A stretch of DNA of 63,495 bases, counting the filler, from an uncultured Thermoplasmatales archaeon (GTDB lineage Archaea > Thermoplasmatota > E2 > DHVEG-1), in NCBI GenBank assembly GCA_964517155.1. It is 5 parts of 5 records of this genome, joined end to end, with 100 filler letters (N's around TTAATTAATTAA, not from the genome) between each part and the next. Parts side by side here need not be neighbours in the genome. Positions count along the whole stretch, not along the records: positions 60,644 to 63,495 come from CAZFAZ010000087.1; 4 more parts are not named here. One strand, written 5' to 3'. The stretch's first letter is position 1. Each line of letters starts with the position of its first letter. A program made the translations under genes and the position numbers. Below are positions 60,784 to 63,495 of the stretch, in pieces. Under the pieces are notes generated by a model. The model was not told where the DNA came from, did not search any database, and saw only the letters and a program-made list of their open reading frames with translations.

Positions 60784-61458
60784 CTATTTTACTCTACTTA
60801 TATTATTGGCTTTTTCTACCATTCTAACAAAAGTATCATAATACATGAATTGAATATCTGCATAATTATTCAATTGAGCTAATTTTGCTAAGAGATCAAC
60901 ACCTAATTTAATAGGCTCTGTTAATTCTTTTTTTCCAGAGTGATTAATTAATTCATTTATTAATTTTGGATCGTTTGCATCATAACCCCATTTAGCTTTA
61001 TAATACTTAAATCCAATAAACAAATACATGCAATGATAACTCAATATTTGTAAAAAATTATCAATAGTTCTTTCTTCTTTATCTCTTATCATTTTTTTAA
61101 ATCTTTCATTTATAAAATCATTAAACCATTTGCTTTTTAAAAATTCCTTGAGTTTTTTTTCTTCTTCATGCGTTAAATTTTCAGAGTCTTCATTTGAAAG
61201 CTTATTTTGTATGGTATAAAAAAATCCTTTATATGTAGAAATATAATAGTTCTCTCTTTTATCTATTTTTTTACCTTTTATAAATCTTGGATAATTTCTT
61301 TTGTATTCAAGCCATCCTTCGTTTTCTAACTCTGTTAAATAGCTAGATACTTTTGTATTTTTTTTACCATAAAGTTTTTTTGATATTTCATTAAAGTTCA
61401 TTGGTGCACCAAATAATAATAAATAAACCTGTTCTTTGGGATTTTTTAAATTACTCAT
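60784..61458 (-). CDS. N-terminal winged-helix DNA-binding protein
   Basis: MNFNEISKKLY....KVSSYLTELENEGWL pattern; AAGGAG SD. Confidence 0.65.
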   Translation of the reverse strand: MSNLKNPKEQVYLLLFGAPMNFNEISKKLYGKKNTKVSSYLTELENEGWLEYKRNYPRFIKGKKIDKRENYYISTYKGFFYTIQNKLSNEDSENLTHEEEKKLKEFLKSKWFNDFINERFKKMIRDKEERTIDNFLQILSYHCMYLFIGFKYYKAKWGYDANDPKLINELINHSGKKELTEPIKLGVDLLAKLAQLNNYADIQFMYYDTFVRMVEKANNISRVK

Positions 61459-61552
61459 TTTATCGGTTCTCCTTAATTAGTTCACTTTTTTGTAAAATGT
61501 TTACAACTAAGTATAATAACACTCGTTTATATATTTAACTAACGTGAATGAA

Positions 61553-61693
61553 ATGGACAATAAAATTCAGATAAACTTCACCGAGCAACAAATACAAAAT
61601 CTAAGAGAGGAAAAAGAAAAACTTGGTTTATCTATTGGGGGTATTGTAAGACTCGCAGTAACTAAGTATTTCAATTCTGAGGAGGCGCAGTAA
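61553..61693 (+). CDS. CopG/RHH-like small DNA-binding protein (46 aa)
   Basis: MDNKIQINFTEQQIQNLREEKEKLGLSIGGIVRLAVTKYF. Confidence 0.75.
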   Translation: MDNKIQINFTEQQIQNLREEKEKLGLSIGGIVRLAVTKYFNSEEAQ

Positions 61694-61694
61694 A

Positions 61695-61832
61695 ATGCCT
61701 CCAAATTATAATTTTTCTAGTGATGATTTCAAAGAATTTTGTAAAGACAATAATCTAACAGAAACTGAGGGTTTTGAAGTTGTTTTAAACAAGATCAATG
61801 AATTTTCAAACCACCTGGAGGCTATCTTATGA
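61695..61832 (+). CDS. Small hypothetical protein (45 aa)
   Basis: GGAGG SD; starts 1 nt after the RHH stop. Confidence 0.6.
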   Translation: MPPNYNFSSDDFKEFCKDNNLTETEGFEVVLNKINEFSNHLEAIL

Positions 61833-61939
61833 GTAGAACCAAAACAGATTGTGATGAAATAGAGGTATTACTAAAGAATATTGAAAGCACACTCAGCATA
61901 ATAAAGGATGTTGTAACAAGAATAAAATTTAGGGAATAA
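61829..61939 (+). CDS. Small hypothetical protein (36 aa)
   Basis: GGAGG SD; ATGA overlap with the previous ORF. Confidence 0.6.
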   Translation: MSRTKTDCDEIEVLLKNIESTLSIIKDVVTRIKFRE

Positions 61940-61966
61940 AAAATTAAAAAATAGGAGGGAACAGGA

Positions 61967-62176
61967 ATGTTAAATAAAAAAATTATTGACTCTTTTTTAA
62001 ATAAATCTGTATCCGTAGGCGTACCGCATATAATATTACCAGATCGTTTGTTTTTTTATTATGGCAGATTACACGAAGTAACAGGCAGCAGTATAACACT
62101 TGAAACAAAGCAGGGTTTTAAAATTGTACCAATCGAGCAAATAAAAGATTTACATGAAGATGAGAGGTCGCATTAA
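61967..62176 (+). CDS. Small protein, Sm/LSm-like beta pattern
   Basis: FLNKSVSV...YYGRLHEV...SITLETKQG..IVPIEQIK; GGAGG SD. Confidence 0.6.
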   Translation: MLNKKIIDSFLNKSVSVGVPHIILPDRLFFYYGRLHEVTGSSITLETKQGFKIVPIEQIKDLHEDERSH

Positions 62177-63495
62177 TGATGAAAGGCGTACCCGAGAAAG
62201 AACGGCAGAAGTTAATGCAGCAATACAGCGTATACGAAGAAAAATTCGATAACAGAGGAAACCCGATAGCGACAACTCTTAACTTACCAAATCTTGGAGA
62301 ACTAATATTTAACGAGCTAAATCTACATTTCTTAACAACATATGATAACAAAGAGATATTTGTTTATGAAAACGGTTATTATATATCAAGAGGAGAACCA
62401 ATAATACAAGAATGTGTAGAATTATTCCTAGGAGATGACAGCAAAGAACATTATAAAAAAGAAACTGTTGGATATATCCGAGATAAAAACTACAGGGAAA
62501 GAACCCTTTTTGACAGTGAGAAATACCTTATCAATCTAGAAAACGGAGTCTATGATGTAAAACATAATAAATTCTTAGAACACGATCCTAAATATTACTT
62601 TCTCTCACAGTTACCAATAACGTATGATAAAAAAGCCAAGATAAAAAAAATAAAAAACTTTCTAAAACAAGTATTAAAACCCGATGATATAACACGGCTA
62701 CAGGAGATATTCGGATATTGTTTTTACAGGGATTATTACATACAAAAAGCCTTCATGTTTTTAGGTGAAGGCGCAAACGGAAAATCCACAGTTTTGAATC
62801 TATTAAAAAAAATGCTTGGCAACCAAAACGTGAGCAGCCTTTCATTACAAGAGCTATGTGAAAACCGTTTCGCACCAGCAAACCTATATACAAAACTGGC
62901 GAACCTATATCCCGATCTACCTGATAAAACATTGACTAGAACAGGCTTGTTCAAGATACTAACAGGCTCCGATACCATATCAGCAGAGCAGAAATTCAGA
63001 GACCATTTTAACTTTGTAAACTATGCAAAACTAATATTCTCTGCAAATAAGCTTCCTGAGTCGAAAGATGATACCAACGCTTATTTCAGACGTTGGGAGT
63101 TTATGACGTTCCCATATTCCTTTTATGGGAAAAACTGCGATACTAAGATATTTGATAAAATATCAACTGAAACAGAAATGTCAGGGCTTTTTAACTGGAG
63201 TCTTACAGGTCTTAGACGACTTTTGAAAAATGGATGCTTTACAAATTCTGCGAATGTCGACGAAATGCGGGAAAAATATCAGCGGCTAAGCTCACCAATA
63301 GCAGCTTTTGTGATGGATTGTATTGAAATTCAGCCTGAATGTTACGTCAAAAAAGACGATTTATATGCATGTTTTGTGCAATATTGTGTCGAAAAAGGGC
63401 TACCTGCAGTCGCAAAAAACACATTTTCAATGAAACTACATGAGCATGTAAAAGTGAATGATTATAGGCCAACTGTATCTGGAAAACGTGTTCAA
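62176..63495 (+). CDS. D5-like/P4-family SF3 helicase replication protein (3' partial, absent from the ORF track)
   Basis: INLENGVYD (D5_N), Walker A GEGANGKST, FKILTG.D, IFSANKLP, YFRRW; TAATG coupling to the previous ORF. Confidence 0.92.
   Translation, partial: MMKGVPEKERQKLMQQYSVYEEKFDNRGNPIATTLNLPNLGELIFNELNLHFLTTYDNKEIFVYENGYYISRGEPIIQECVELFLGDDSKEHYKKETVGYIRDKNYRERTLFDSEKYLINLENGVYDVKHNKFLEHDPKYYFLSQLPITYDKKAKIKKIKNFLKQVLKPDDITRLQEIFGYCFYRDYYIQKAFMFLGEGANGKSTVLNLLKKMLGNQNVSSLSLQELCENRFAPANLYTKLANLYPDLPDKTLTRTGLFKILTGSDTISAEQKFRDHFNFVNYAKLIFSANKLPESKDDTNAYFRRWEFMTFPYSFYGKNCDTKIFDKISTETEMSGLFNWSLTGLRRLLKNGCFTNSANVDEMREKYQRLSSPIAAFVMDCIEIQPECYVKKDDLYACFVQYCVEKGLPAVAKNTFSMKLHEHVKVNDYRPTVSGKRVQ

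Larger units (their letters stand above)
60644..63495. mobile_element. Plasmid/provirus-like element fragment (regulatory switch plus replication operon)
   Basis: Divergent wHTH and RHH genes, closely packed micro-ORFs, D5/SF3 helicase. Confidence 0.75.

Overview
AT-rich archaeal DNA, most consistent with Thermoplasmata (MBG-D/Thermoprofundales-like gene content: C25 gingipain, NosD/PKD surface proteins, archaeal r-proteins, TiaS). It is five contigs joined by 100-nt N/TTAATTAATTAA linkers, so adjacency across gaps is unreliable. Contig 1 (1-24050) holds tRNA-Glu/Gln, pncC, rtcA, a phosphate island (PiT, PstS, fused PstCA, PstB, four PhoU-fold proteins, ArsC-PadR-MFS), a candidate structured RNA, two paralogous micro-genes with a shared structured leader, and a large surface protein. 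Contig 2 (24151-36866) holds partial tiaS, the L1-P0-P1 operon, candidate structured RNAs, a C25 peptidase, a divergent PolB, an HDAC, coaD and tRNA-Thr. Contig 3 (36967-56865) holds L41e, intron-containing tRNA-Trp, gcvPAB and a short-chain acyl-CoA cluster with an isobutyryl-CoA-type B12 mutase. Contig 4 (56966-60543) is defence/mobile-like: a repeat field plus Zn-ribbon/PD-(D/E)XK nuclease, a two-antitoxin VapBC and an AbiEii remnant. Contig 5 (60644-63495) is a plasmid/provirus replication module with an SF3 helicase. Best leads: the tRNA-Trp intron box C/D RNA whose D' guide fits 23S rRNA C1920 rather than the tRNA; the repeat field plus nuclease; a tail-less P0 alongside a small protein ending in a stalk-like peptide; candidate Pho boxes with a possible sRNA. 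All calls come from reading the sequence; no searches were run.
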